Shown: positions 1-9,332 of the stretch, piece by piece
Position numbering within the stretch: the first letter of the stretch is position 1
How the letters are laid out: every line of letters starts with the position of its first letter
Assembly (NCBI GenBank): GCA_964519095.1
Contig: CAZFHV010000003.1
Coordinates: 1-38,953 of the forward strand
Length of the DNA: 38,953 nucleotides
DNA from: an uncultured Chromatiaceae bacterium
Lineage (GTDB): Bacteria; Pseudomonadota; Gammaproteobacteria; Chromatiales; Chromatiaceae
Reading direction: 5' to 3'
Notes under the pieces: generated by a model
Seen by the model: the letters and a program-made list of their open reading frames with translations, nothing else
Database searches by the model: none
What the model was told of the DNA's origin: nothing
Translations under genes and position numbers: made by a program

Positions 1-90
1 CGTGGCGAGGACCCGCGCGCCATCCGGGCGGGCTGGCAACCGGATCTGGAGTCCTTCCTGCAGCGCCGGACCCGCTACCTCCTCTACTGA
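1..90 (+). CDS. 3' end of an unidentified CDS (partial, enters from outside the window)
   Basis: Frame 1 is open from base 1 to TGA at 88-90 (RGEDPRAIRAGWQPDLESFLQRRTRYLLY*). Third codon positions are G/C-rich, as in coding DNA here. 29 aa is too short to assign a family. Confidence 0.3.
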   Translation, partial: RGEDPRAIRAGWQPDLESFLQRRTRYLLY

Positions 91-372
91 GGACGCGGGC
101 AGCAGTCTGGTCGGCCGGGCCGCCATCCCACCTGGCCTGCACGGTCCCCCACCGCCGCCGGGACGCGTCGAGCGGAATCGGCGGCAGGCCTCACGCCCTG
201 GGGAGGCGCCGGGCTGAACTTTCCCCCAGCCACGTCGCTCAAAAAGGGAACGTGGCTCCAACGGTACGAGCCCAGTCAAGGGCACCAGACAGAGGGGCCA
301 TCCCGGGATTGCCGACAGCGATTCAGGCCCGGTCGCCCGGTCCCAGAAGGCCAATCACCGGAAATCGCACAG

Positions 373-2513
373 ATGCAGCAAGCCTTGAACTGGGTGACGA
401 GCCTCGGGCGCAACCACCCGCGTATCACCAGCCTATTGGTCGCCCTGGTGGTCTTGACGGTCGACGTGCTTGCGGGCACCGAGATTCAGTTTCCCCTGAT
501 CTACGTGATTCCGGTGGGCTTGGCCTCCTGGTGGAATCGGCAGGGCTTGGCATACGGTCTCGCCCTTTCATTGCCGCTGCTGAGGACGGGCTTGGAGTTT
601 CCCTGGGGAACCGGCGCATCCATCTCCCTCGCCGCGATCAATGGGCTTATCGAGATCGCGGCCATGCTGCTCTATGCGTACCTGGTCCGTCAGAGCGCCG
701 CCCGTGCCGAGCAGTTGCAGGAACGGGTGACCTCCCGGGAGGCGGAGGTCGGCCAGCTGCGTGCCTTTGCCAAGATGACCAGTGCCACCCTGCAGGGCCG
801 GGGGATCTCCCCCGGCATGGTCGATGGGGTGGCCTGGATCCACCTGGCCTCGAAAGGTGAGCTGACCGTCCCGCGGACGGCCATTTCCAGCAATGAGGTG
901 GAACGGGAGACCTCCCGTCTCGATGCCGCGTTGGGGACCACGGTCGAGCAGCTGCGCGGCGCGCAACGTGCCGGGACGGCGGCAATGACGGTGGCAGAGC
1001 AGGAGCTGCTGGAGGTTCAACTCGCGATGCTCAACGATGCGGAGCTCTGGCGACAGTGTAAGGGGCGCGTGCGTGGGGAGCTGATCAGCGCCGACAGCGC
1101 CGTCGCCGCGGAGATCCGCCAGCTGGCCGAGATGCTCGAGGCCACAGAAAACGACGTCCTGCGTGAGCGTGGCGCGGACATTCGTGACGTGGGCCGGCGG
1201 ATCCTCGGCACGCTCCGCGCCCCGGGAGAGACGGCCCCGAGCCCCCTGGCTTCGCTCCCACCGGACACGATCCTCGTCGCGGAGGAGCTCCTGCCGTCCG
1301 ACCTTCTCCAGATGGATCGCGCCAACGTGGTGGCGCTGGTCACGGAGCACACAACAGCCCGCCCTCCCACGTCGCCATCCTCGCGCGGACCAGGAACCTG
1401 CCGGCGGTTAGCGACATCCGAGACCTCACGGCTTTTCTGGAAACGGGAGACCGCTTGCTCGTGGATGCGGATGCCGGCACGGTGATCGTGGCCCCCACCC
1501 GGGTGCAATCGGAGCTGTTCGCAGAGCGCCAGATTCGGCACGCCCGCCAGGAGACCGCCGTGGAGAAGGCTGCACGCAAGGAATCGCTCACCAGGGACGG
1601 CGTGCGTATCGGCCTCCATGCCAACATCAGCAGGCCCGACGAGGCCCACCTGGTCTCCGAGTATCGCCTCGACGGGGTGGGACTGTTCCGCTCCGAGCTG
1701 TTCTTTCTCGATGTCGCCGAGCCACCGGCCCTGGAGGCGCAGGTGGCGGCTTACTCCGCGGTGGCGAGGGCGATCAACTCCCTGCCGGTCGTGATCCGTA
1801 GCATGGATTTCGGCGGGGACAAGCTCCCCCGCTTCAACAACGTCGAGACCGCAGCCGCACTGCGGGCCGGCAAGCGGGGGCTCGCGTTCTCCCTCACGGA
1901 AAGGGCCCTGTTCCGTACCCAGATCCAGGCCATATTGCGGGCGGGGGAGTGCGGCGAGACTCGGATCCTCTTCCCCATGGTCACCGGGGTGGCCGATCTG
2001 AGGGAGGCGCGTCGGGTGGTTGCGGAGGTGATGGAGGCCGAGCGCATCACCCGGCATGTCTCGATCGGAGCCATGATCGAGACGCCGGCGGCGGTGATCA
2101 AGATCGGCGATCTGGTCGAGATGGTGGATTTCCTGTCGATCGGGACCAACGATCTCACGCATTTCATCCTGGGGATCGACCGCCACGAGAAGGGTGCGGC
2201 CGGGGTGGCGGCATTCCTTCATCCCAGCGTCCTCCGGGCAATCAGCCACGTCGTTCGCACGGCACTGAACGCGGAGATCGACCTCTCCGTCTGCGGTGAG
2301 GCCGCCGCGGACCCGGCTTGTGCCGGGCTGTTGGTGGGGATGGGGGTCCGCAGCCTGAGCATGAACCCCTTCCAGGCGCCGCGCTTGCGCAGCTTCCTGG
2401 CGCAGGTGACCCTTGAAGAGCTCGAAGCCACCGCCAAGGATGCCTTGGCCGCGGCAACCCCCGAGGAGGTTCAGCAGGTTTCCTCCAAGATTTTGCGAAT
2501 GCCCGCGGGTTGA
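373..2513 (+). pseudogene. PEP-utilising enzyme (PTS Enzyme I / PtsP-like) with an N-terminal multi-TM domain; reading frame broken near 1350
   Basis: The frame-1 ORF 373-1485 has hydrophobic segments (LLVALVVLTVDVLAG, FPLIYVIPVGLASWW, AINGLIEIAAMLLYAYL) and then an EI N-domain ending ...DRANVVALVTEH. The homology continues in frame 3 from about 1353: NSPPSHVAILARTRNLPAV (phospho-His loop), LLVDADAGTVIVAP, then the PEP-binding barrel (FRSELFF, MIETPAAV, SIGTNDLTHF, CGEAAADP), ending at 2513. The two halves need a 1-nt deletion or 2-nt insertion to be joined. Confidence 0.7.
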
Positions 2514-2547
2514 CCCGGCCACTCGGTCGTTCAACTTGATGACGATG

Positions 2548-2576
2548 TTGCATTTGCCGCAATCTAATAAAATAAT
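2548..2576 (+). promoter_or_regulatory. Candidate sigma70 promoter of the RES-Xre operon
   Basis: This is the only AT-rich stretch in the neighbourhood (2531-2591). TTGCAT (2548-2553), a 17-nt spacer, then AATAAT (2571-2576). A short inverted repeat GCAAT-N11-ATTGC (2559-2579) overlaps the -10 and could be an operator. Confidence 0.35.
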
Positions 2577-2591
2577 TGCAGTTAGAGTAGT

Positions 2592-2972
2592 ATGAGGCAG
2601 GCCGATCCCATGTCCACTCAAGCGCAGATCCTACCGGCGCCCGCCCCCAAGGCCGTCCTCACCAAGGCCCTCCTCAATGCGGGCAGGGCGTTGGGGCTGT
2701 CGCAGAGCGCCCTCGGGGAGATCATCGGCAGGGACCGCTCTTCCATCGGCCGGGGCCTGGACCCCGCAAGCAAGGCGGGGGAGCTGGCGCTGCTGCTGAT
2801 CCGCTGCTACCGCAGTCTGTTCGTGCTGGTGGGGGGGCGTCCGGAGGACATGCGCCACTGGATGCACACGGCCAACCGCGACATCGGCGGCATCCCGGCG
2901 GAACGGGTGCGGTCGGTACAGGGCCTCGCGCAGGTGGTGGAGTACCTGGACGCACTGCGCGGCCGGGCCTGA
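2592..2972 (+). CDS. Xre-family antitoxin with DUF2384-like C-terminal domain (ParS/MbcA type), partner of the RES toxin
   Basis: 126 aa. An HTH-like N-terminal half (LSQSALGEIIGRDRSSIGRGL) is followed by a C-terminal part typical of RES-neutralising antitoxins (MRHWMHTANRDIGGIPAERV). Its stop overlaps the toxin start (TGATG at 2970-2974). The start could instead be the ATG at 2610. Confidence 0.8.
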   Translation: MRQADPMSTQAQILPAPAPKAVLTKALLNAGRALGLSQSALGEIIGRDRSSIGRGLDPASKAGELALLLIRCYRSLFVLVGGRPEDMRHWMHTANRDIGGIPAERVRSVQGLAQVVEYLDALRGRA

Positions 2973-3724
2973 TGGACCTCTGGGCGGCCTGCGCCCCGGG
3001 CATCGCCCCCGCCCCGCTCGGGGGGGACCTCCTTCGCCTCGTGGAGAGCCAGGAACTGCTGGCTACCAGCAGGCTGGTCGAGGATCTGGGCGAGCAGGCC
3101 CTGCTGGAGGAGATGCTGGAGCGCACCAAACCACCCTTACGGGCCGGGACCGAGGGGCTCCATTACCTGCTGGCGGCGCCCTTCCGTTACCCGCCCCTCG
3201 CCCACGGCTCGCGCTTCGGCCCCCGCTGGGAGCCCAGTCTCTTCTACGGTTCCAAGCGGCTGGGCACCCTCTTGGCCGAGGGGGCCTATTACCGATTCGT
3301 CTTCTGGACCGGGATGGCCGTACCCCCTCCCGCCGGCCGGCTGCTCACCCAACACACGGTATTCGGTGCCCGATACCGCACCGACCGCGGTCTGCGCCTG
3401 CAACAGCCCCCCTGTGCCGCCCACGCCCCCGTCCTCACCCACCCCTCGGATTACGGACCCACCCAGCGACTCGGCCGCGCCCTGGGGGATGGGGGGATCG
3501 CGGCCTTCGAGTACGTCTCGGCACGGGACCGGGCGGGCGGGATCAACCTGGCCCTGTTCGACCCCTCCGCCCTGGTCAGCCGCAAGCCCTCGTTCCTGCA
3601 ACCCTGGCTATGCGAAACCCAGGGCCGCTCGGTACGCTTCTCCTGCAGCGCCCAGACGGGGCTCCACCAATTCCCCCTCGAGGACTTCCTGGTGGACAGC
3701 CAATTGCCCCGCCCCGCCCCCTGA
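2972..3724 (+). CDS. RES-domain toxin (NAD+-targeting ParT/MbcT family)
   Basis: 250 aa. R-E-S signature in the expected order: GSRFGP (Arg), LLAEGAYY (Glu), FEYVSARD (Ser). Translationally coupled to the upstream Xre/DUF2384 gene. Confidence 0.85.
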   Translation: MDLWAACAPGIAPAPLGGDLLRLVESQELLATSRLVEDLGEQALLEEMLERTKPPLRAGTEGLHYLLAAPFRYPPLAHGSRFGPRWEPSLFYGSKRLGTLLAEGAYYRFVFWTGMAVPPPAGRLLTQHTVFGARYRTDRGLRLQQPPCAAHAPVLTHPSDYGPTQRLGRALGDGGIAAFEYVSARDRAGGINLALFDPSALVSRKPSFLQPWLCETQGRSVRFSCSAQTGLHQFPLEDFLVDSQLPRPAP

Positions 3725-3834
3725 GGGAGCCGAGGTCTGGCGATCTGGCGCTGGGCGTGGGTTGCGCTACCCTTCCCTTCTGCGGTCCCGGCGTGCCAAC
3801 CTGTCTCTCAAGGCGCCAATCCGGGGGATCCCTC

Positions 3835-5466
3835 ATGGGCCAAGGCATCGCATCCACCGACAAGCTGGTCAGCGAGTTTCGCCAGATCCTCCTCTGGCCC
3901 CTGCAGCTCATGCCCATCCTCGAGGGGCTGCAGATACAGAAGCACTGGCAGGCCCTGACGGCGCTGGGACCGGCGAACCCCTGGCGAGAGGTGGTCGCGG
4001 ATCCGGCCGAGCTGGCGCTCCGGCACTACGCGGAGCTCATCGCCTTCCTCCCCCAGGTCCAGCGCTTCCTCTATGGGGATGCCCAGCAATCGGAGGGGGG
4101 GCGGCAATCGCCTATCCGGGTATTCCGCAGGGGGGACGTGGCGGCGGCCCGCCTAAGCTACGACGAGGGTGTCGAGCCCCTCACCTTCGAGGTCGGCCGC
4201 ACCGATCTGATCTTCTTCTACGACATCGACGTCGCCATCCTGGTGGTGGAGATCGGGGGGCGGAACCTCGGCCTCTCGCGGGTCCAGGACACCCTCTACC
4301 GCTTCGGGCGGGCCTACCCCGCCCAGTGGCAGGACGACGGCACCCCCTCGCGCTGTCTGCAACGGGTCGAATGGCTGGGGACCACCGGCGAGGTGCTCGG
4401 GGCTTCCGACTATGAGGACCGGGACCGCTATCTCGCCTTCGTCGCCCGCACCCGCACCCCCTGTATCGCCTCCCATTGGGAGTACCTCCTCGATCCCTTG
4501 GTGCTGCAGGACTCGGAGCGGCCCGGCAGCGTCCGCTTCGGGCTCCTGGAGTACTACCGCATGCCGCTGATCGCCTACCTTGCGCTCGAGGACCCGCGGG
4601 CCCTCTCGCGGGGGGATTTCGTGCGTCTTGCGCTCGTGACCGAGCCGGGTCAGGACGGCTCCCTACCCTTCTCCGCGGCCCATGTCCGGGATTTCGAGCA
4701 GCGCTACTGCTACGACCGTTACTGGAGCGCCCAGCCACCCGGTCCCGCCACCCGCTTTCTCTGTTGCGGGCATGCCCTGGTGGTCGTTGGACCCGCCGGC
4801 GAGCGGGTCTTCTCCGACCCCGAGATCGGCGTGGCGGCCCAGATCCGCCACCAGTACTTCCTGATGTTCCTCATCGCCCACTTCCACAAGGCGGCGCTCC
4901 TCATGTTCTCCAGCCGCCTGGTGGCCGCCCTCAACAAGCTCAACATCCAGGACGCCGAATCGGTGAAGCGCTTCAAGCGCATCATCCGCCAGCTCTTCGA
5001 GGTCTTTCTCCGCTTCTCTCACCGCTACTGGTTCCACGACATCTCCGACCAGGCGCAGGTGAAGGATCTGTTCCGGCTCTGCACCGGCCACCTCGGCACC
5101 GAGCCCCTCTACGCCGAGGTCCGCCAGGAGATCCAGGACATGGCGGCCTACCTCGACAGCGACTCCCTGCGCCGTCAGGCGAACACCGTGGTGCGCCTCA
5201 CGGTGGTGACCACCTTCGGCCTCATCGCCACCGTCGCCAGCGGCCTTCTCGGCATGAACCTCATCGACGAGGCCGAGGCGTCCCTCCCCCTCAAGCTCTG
5301 GTACTTCGCCCTGTCGGTGGTGCCCACCACCCTGCTGATCCTCTTCGCCATCCTCAAGTCCAAGAAGCTCTCCGACTTCCTCGAGGCCCTTTCCGACGAG
5401 CGCTTACCCCTCTCGGGCAAGTACGAGGTGCTCGCCCAGCTCTGGCGCAAGGAGCGCACGAAGTGA
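3835..5466 (+). CDS. Divergent CorA-superfamily membrane protein (544 aa) with a large uncharacterised N-terminal cytoplasmic region
   Basis: The C-terminus has two TM helices around the CorA signature GMN (TTFGLIATVASGLLGMNLIDE ... LWYFALSVVPTTLLILFAILK). A long stalk-like helix precedes them (RHQYFLMFLIAHFHKAALLMFSS). ATG at 3835 sits 6 nt after GGGGGA. The in-frame stretch 3610-3834 overlaps the RES gene and has poorer GC3. Confidence 0.75.
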   Translation: MGQGIASTDKLVSEFRQILLWPLQLMPILEGLQIQKHWQALTALGPANPWREVVADPAELALRHYAELIAFLPQVQRFLYGDAQQSEGGRQSPIRVFRRGDVAAARLSYDEGVEPLTFEVGRTDLIFFYDIDVAILVVEIGGRNLGLSRVQDTLYRFGRAYPAQWQDDGTPSRCLQRVEWLGTTGEVLGASDYEDRDRYLAFVARTRTPCIASHWEYLLDPLVLQDSERPGSVRFGLLEYYRMPLIAYLALEDPRALSRGDFVRLALVTEPGQDGSLPFSAAHVRDFEQRYCYDRYWSAQPPGPATRFLCCGHALVVVGPAGERVFSDPEIGVAAQIRHQYFLMFLIAHFHKAALLMFSSRLVAALNKLNIQDAESVKRFKRIIRQLFEVFLRFSHRYWFHDISDQAQVKDLFRLCTGHLGTEPLYAEVRQEIQDMAAYLDSDSLRRQANTVVRLTVVTTFGLIATVASGLLGMNLIDEAEASLPLKLWYFALSVVPTTLLILFAILKSKKLSDFLEALSDERLPLSGKYEVLAQLWRKERTK

Positions 5467-5673
5467 CGGGACCGGATACCGGCGACGCGGGGAGGACCCA
5501 AGACCCTGGGGGCTTGGGCGCGGCATTGCGGAGGGTCTCAGCCCTTGACCACCTGCACCCTCAAGCCGCCCGCGGCCCCGGCGACGTCGGTGCAGTCGCG
5601 CGGGACGGGATGCTCCCCGAGTAACAGGAAGGTGGACCGGGCCAGGCCCCAGAGGCTTGTTGCGCCCAAGACT

Positions 5674-6108
5674 TCAGGGGTCCCGCTCCGGCGGGGATAT
5701 GCCCTCCTCACGATGCCCCCGGCGCAGCAGGTAGTACCCCAGCGCCAGGGCGAGGATCAGGGCGGCGATGCCGAGCAGGGCGCCTTCCGGAAGCTCCTTG
5801 GGCTCCAGGACGATGATCTTACGCGCCACCGCGATCATCGCCACCATCAGCACCGCTTCCAGGTGATAGGTGTGGTGGGTGATATAGGTCTTCACCGAGT
5901 GCAACAGCTCGATCCCGATGAGGACCAGGAGGAAGAGGCCGAAGAGATCCAGCAGCTCGTCGATCTCGAGCAGGAACAGGGGCGGGGTCAGAACGTCCTT
6001 GATGATGACCCACCCGAGCTCCAGGGTGGCGAGCACCACCACCAGCGCCAGGATGACCAGTAGCACCCGGGTGACGATCCGTTCGAATTTCTCGAGATGG
6101 GCTAACAA
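5674..6108 (-). CDS. psiE: PsiE-family (phosphate-starvation-inducible E) inner membrane protein
   Basis: 144 aa, four hydrophobic helices, central IELLHSVKTYITHHTYHLEAVLMVAMIAVARKIIVLE region characteristic of PsiE. The start is TTG at 6106-6108 (no nearby ATG). Confidence 0.65.
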   Translation of the reverse strand: MLAHLEKFERIVTRVLLVILALVVVLATLELGWVIIKDVLTPPLFLLEIDELLDLFGLFLLVLIGIELLHSVKTYITHHTYHLEAVLMVAMIAVARKIIVLEPKELPEGALLGIAALILALALGYYLLRRGHREEGISPPERDP

Positions 6109-6165
6109 GGGCTTGGACCTCCCGCAAGGAATCGAAGGATGCCGACCCCGTATGGGGGACTCCGG

Positions 6166-6837
6166 CTAGGTCGGGGCCGCTGGGGGGGCGTCCCAGAGGA
6201 GCGGCCGCTCCAGGCGGACGCCATCGAGCAGGGGGACCCCGTCCGCCCCCAGGCGCAACCGCCCCTCGGCGAACCAGCGCACCGCCTGGGGATAGATGCG
6301 GTGCTCCTGACGCAGCACCCGGGCCGCCAGGGTGTCCGCATCGTCCCCGGCCTCGACCAGGACCCGGGCCTGGATCACCAGGGGTCCCCCGTCGAGCTCC
6401 TCGGTGACGAAGTGCACGCTGGCGCCGTGCTGGGTCTCCCCCGCATCCAGGGCCCGCTGGTGGGTGTGCAGTCCCCGAAACTTCGGCAGCAGGGAGGGGT
6501 GGATGTTGAACATCCGGCCCCGGTACTGGGCCACCAGGGCGGGGGTGAGGATGCGCATGAAGCCAGCCAGCACCACCAGGTGGGGGGAGAAGCCATCGAT
6601 GAGCCCCTGCAGGGCCAAGTCGTAGGCCTCCCGGCTGGGGAAGTCCCGGTGGTTGAGCACCCGCCCCTCGATGCCGGCACGCCGTGCCCGCTCCAGGCCG
6701 AAGACCCCCGGCTCGTTGCTGATCACGGCGCGGATCTCGACGGGCAGGTCCTCGGCGGCGCGGTCGATGAGGGCCTGGAGGTTGCTGCCGCTCCCGGAGA
6801 TCAGCACCACCACCGGCATGCGCTGGGGCTGGCCCAT
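6166..6837 (-). CDS. purN: Phosphoribosylglycinamide formyltransferase
   Basis: VVVLISGSGSNLQALID, VLAGFMRIL, NIHPSLLPKFRGLHTHQRAL, HFVTEELDGGP motifs. Start lies 2 nt after the purM stop (TGACCATG). Confidence 0.95.
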   Translation of the reverse strand: MGQPQRMPVVVLISGSGSNLQALIDRAAEDLPVEIRAVISNEPGVFGLERARRAGIEGRVLNHRDFPSREAYDLALQGLIDGFSPHLVVLAGFMRILTPALVAQYRGRMFNIHPSLLPKFRGLHTHQRALDAGETQHGASVHFVTEELDGGPLVIQARVLVEAGDDADTLAARVLRQEHRIYPQAVRWFAEGRLRLGADGVPLLDGVRLERPLLWDAPPAAPT

Positions 6838-6839
6838 GG

Positions 6840-7901
6840 TCAGCCCCCGACCAGCTCCACCTGGGGTCGCTCGCCACCGACATCGATCCGCCCCAGTGGC
6901 CAGACGGTCTCGCCCGCCTGGGTGAGCAGCTCACAGCTCCGGTGGAGATCCTCGGCCGCGACGCACACCACCATGCCGACCCCGCAGTTGAAGGTGCGCA
7001 ACAGCTCTCCCTCCTCCACCCCGCCCCGCTCCTGCAGCCAGCGGAACACCGCCGGGCGCTGCCAGCTCGAGCGGTCCACCACCGCCTTGGTGCCGGGCGG
7101 CAGTACCCGCGGAAGGTTCTCCGGCAGGCCGCCGCCGGTGATGTGGGCCAGGGCGTGCACCGGCAGCTCCTCCAGGAGCCGGAGCAGGGGCTTGACGTAG
7201 ATGCGGGTGGGCTCGAGGAGGGCATCGGCGAGGCGCACCCCCTCGAGGTCCTCGCCGAAATCTGCCCCGCTCACCCGAAGGATCTTGCGCACCAGGGAAT
7301 AGCCGTTGGAATGGGGCCCGGAGGAGGCAATGCCGATCAGTGCGTCCCCGGGGCGCACCCGCTCGGGGGTGATGAGGGCCTCCTTCTCGGCGATGCCCAC
7401 CGCGAAGCCCGCCAGGTCGTAATCGCCCACCGCGTACATCCCCGGCATCTCGGCGGTCTCCCCGCCGGTGAGGGCACAGCCTGCCTGCTCGCAGCCCCGG
7501 GCGATCCCCTGGATCACGGTCGAGGCCACGTCCACCTCCAGCTTGCCGGTGGCGTAGTAGTCCAGGAAGAACAGCGGCTCGGCGCCGGTGACGACGATGT
7601 CGTTGACGCACATGGCCACCAGGTCGATCCCCACCGTATCGTGGCGTCCCAGCTCGATGGCCAGCTTGAGCTTGGTGCCGACCCCGTCGGTGCCGGAGAC
7701 CAGCACCGGGTTGCGATAGCGCCCCAGCGGGAGCTCGAACAGGGCACCGAAGCCGCCGAGGCCGGTCAGCACGCCCGGGCGGAAGGTTCGGGCCGCGACG
7801 GGCTTGATCCGCTCCACCAGGGCATTACCGGCATCGATGTCGACCCCCGCGTCGCGGTAGCTCAGGTGGGGGCCAGCGGGGGGGGCGGGTGTTGGCGTCA
7901 C
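6840..7901 (-). CDS. purM: Phosphoribosylformylglycinamidine cyclo-ligase (AIR synthetase)
   Basis: [65 protein letters not shown] motifs. GTG at 7899-7901 is preceded by GGAGG plus 6 nt. An upstream ATG at 7958 would add a Pro/Arg-rich 19-aa extension and has no SD. Confidence 0.93.
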   Translation of the reverse strand: MTPTPAPPAGPHLSYRDAGVDIDAGNALVERIKPVAARTFRPGVLTGLGGFGALFELPLGRYRNPVLVSGTDGVGTKLKLAIELGRHDTVGIDLVAMCVNDIVVTGAEPLFFLDYYATGKLEVDVASTVIQGIARGCEQAGCALTGGETAEMPGMYAVGDYDLAGFAVGIAEKEALITPERVRPGDALIGIASSGPHSNGYSLVRKILRVSGADFGEDLEGVRLADALLEPTRIYVKPLLRLLEELPVHALAHITGGGLPENLPRVLPPGTKAVVDRSSWQRPAVFRWLQERGGVEEGELLRTFNCGVGMVVCVAAEDLHRSCELLTQAGETVWPLGRIDVGGERPQVELVGG

Positions 7902-8026
7902 GGGGGGCCTCCGGGGCGGCGACCGAGGGGCGCCCGCCGGGGGATGCCGGCGGGTCATCGGCTGGCGATTGTAACCCGAAGCCAGCCCCGGGGACCTCGC
8001 CATGGGAAGGCGGCACTGGCCAGACT

Positions 8027-8056
8027 TTAGACAGCCACCGCGGCCGTCGATAGAAT
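8027..8056 (+). promoter_or_regulatory. Candidate sigma70 promoter for the DUF2066 gene
   Basis: TTAGAC (8027-8032), an 18-nt spacer, TAGAAT (8051-8056), 55 nt upstream of the ATG at 8112 in the purM-divergent intergenic region. Confidence 0.3.
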
Positions 8057-8111
8057 CTTCGGGGCGCCCTGCGCCCGATGGTCCGCCCTTCCCCTGCCCC
8101 GGTCCCCCAAG

Positions 8112-9332
8112 ATGCCCAGTCCCTCGCGCCCTCTCCTTCTCTCCGTCGGCACCCTGCTTCTGGGCTGGCTGTGGCTCGCGCCCGCCCTGGCCCAGACCCC
8201 CGCCGCCGGTGTCTACGACGCCGAGGTGCCGATCCAGGATCAGAGTCCCGAGCAGCGCAACCGGGCCATCGAGGATGCCTTCCGGGTGGTGCTGGGGCGG
8301 CTCTATGGAGGGGAGGCGGCCACCAGCGACCCGCGCCTGGTGGAGCTGACCAAGGGCGCCCCCCGGCTGGTGCGCTCCTATCGCTTCCACTGGGAGGAGG
8401 GGAGCGCCGGCCCCCGCCAGTTGCTGGCGGTGCAATTCGACGAGGCGGCGGTCAATCGCACCCTCCGCGAGAAGGGCCTCGGCCCGGGGGGGGCCAGCCC
8501 CCAGCCGGGGGGCGCCCCGCCGCCCGGCGCGCGCACCGCCGAGCAGGGGACCTTGCTCCTCTGGCTGGGGAGCGAGCGTACGGGCCAGCGGGAATTCGCG
8601 ACACCGGAGACCGAGCCCAAGCTGGTGGGCGCCGCCAACGCGGCGGCCCGGGATGCGGGCCTCTCCATCCTCTTTCCCCTCTATGACCTGGAGGACCGGT
8701 CCCGGCTCGGCGCCGCGGACCTCTGGGGGCTACGGGCGGCACCCATCCAGGGGGCCTCGCGCCGCTACGCCCCGGAGAAGGTGGTGGTGGGGCTGGTGTC
8801 GGGATCAGACAGCGCCGGCTGGACCGGCCGCTGGGCCGTCGTGGGTGCCGAGGGCCTGACCTCGGAGTGGACCACCCGCGGCGCCAGCCCCTCGGCGGTG
8901 GTCCAGGCCGGGGTCCAACAGGCGAGCGGGCGGGTCAAGGGAGGCGGTGAGGCCGCCAGGATGCCCCCTGCCCCCCTGCCGGCCGCCACCACTCAGGTCC
9001 CCGCGACACCTCCGGCCCCCGCCAAGACACCCGCCCCGGGGTCTCCCCCCGGTGGGGCCGAGCCCGCCGCCCCGGCGGGAAACCTGCTCGCGGTGCGGGT
9101 CTCGGGTATGCAGCGCTCCGACGACTACCTGCGGGTCCAGAAGTATCTCTCCGGCCTTCCCGGTGTGGGCCAGGTGCAGCTCCTGGGGGTGGCGGGGGAC
9201 GCGGTGACCTTTGGCCTGGGGGGCTCCGCCGAGGCCCTGTCCCGGTCCATCGCCGGTGGCAAGGTCCTAGCGGCGGAGGAGGGCGGCCCCGCCGGCGCCG
9301 GACGCCCGCTTCGCTACCGGCTGCTGCCGTGA
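8112..9332 (+). CDS. DUF2066-family exported protein
   Basis: Signal peptide ([21 protein letters not shown]). N-terminal [31 protein letters not shown] is typical of DUF2066. Has a Pro/Ala-rich linker. Sits in the purM / hda neighbourhood where this family is commonly found in gammaproteobacteria. Confidence 0.7.
   Translation: MPSPSRPLLLSVGTLLLGWLWLAPALAQTPAAGVYDAEVPIQDQSPEQRNRAIEDAFRVVLGRLYGGEAATSDPRLVELTKGAPRLVRSYRFHWEEGSAGPRQLLAVQFDEAAVNRTLREKGLGPGGASPQPGGAPPPGARTAEQGTLLLWLGSERTGQREFATPETEPKLVGAANAAARDAGLSILFPLYDLEDRSRLGAADLWGLRAAPIQGASRRYAPEKVVVGLVSGSDSAGWTGRWAVVGAEGLTSEWTTRGASPSAVVQAGVQQASGRVKGGGEAARMPPAPLPAATTQVPATPPAPAKTPAPGSPPGGAEPAAPAGNLLAVRVSGMQRSDDYLRVQKYLSGLPGVGQVQLLGVAGDAVTFGLGGSAEALSRSIAGGKVLAAEEGGPAGAGRPLRYRLLP

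Noticed and set aside
228-257. Inverted repeat AGCCACGT-N14-ACGTGGCT between the partial upstream CDS and the EI-like gene
   Set aside because: The repeat is real in the sequence. With an 8-bp stem, a 14-nt loop and no U-tract it is not a convincing terminator. It occurs only once, so I cannot assign a function. It could be a regulator site.
1017-2621. 534-aa ORF antisense to the Enzyme-I-like gene. Similar long antisense or off-frame ORFs: 568-1350, 5819-7225, 13599-15182, 18115-19353, 19114-20889, 22195-25647, 26493-27686, 26738-27868 (upstream extension of the fdh alpha ORF), 27416-30619, 28018-30108
   Set aside because: These are typical high-GC shadow ORFs. Their translations are Arg/Gly/Pro/Ala-rich and lack motifs. 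Each overlaps a gene on the other strand or frame that has clear family signatures.
3610-3834. Upstream extension of the CorA-like ORF (618-aa version)
   Set aside because: It overlaps the RES gene 3' end in another frame. The non-overlapping part has noticeably weaker G/C third-position bias. The ATG at 3835 has a well-placed GGGGGA.
5497-5518. CCCAAG-N10-CTTGGG hairpin after the CorA-like gene as a terminator
   Set aside because: It has only 6 bp, a G-rich loop and no U-tract, which is too weak to call. The convergent junction 5467-5673 has no better candidate.
7902-8435. N-terminal extensions of purM (531-aa ORF; ATG at 7958)
   Set aside because: Conserved PurM sequence begins at [14 protein letters not shown] 7901 has GGAGG plus 6 nt. 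The extension is Pro/Arg/Gly-rich and would run through the divergent promoter region.
8930-9080. Apparent repetitive Pro/Ala-rich DNA in the DUF2066 gene
   Set aside because: It is a low-complexity linker ([38 protein letters not shown]) in frame within the CDS, not a tandem DNA repeat with a defined unit.
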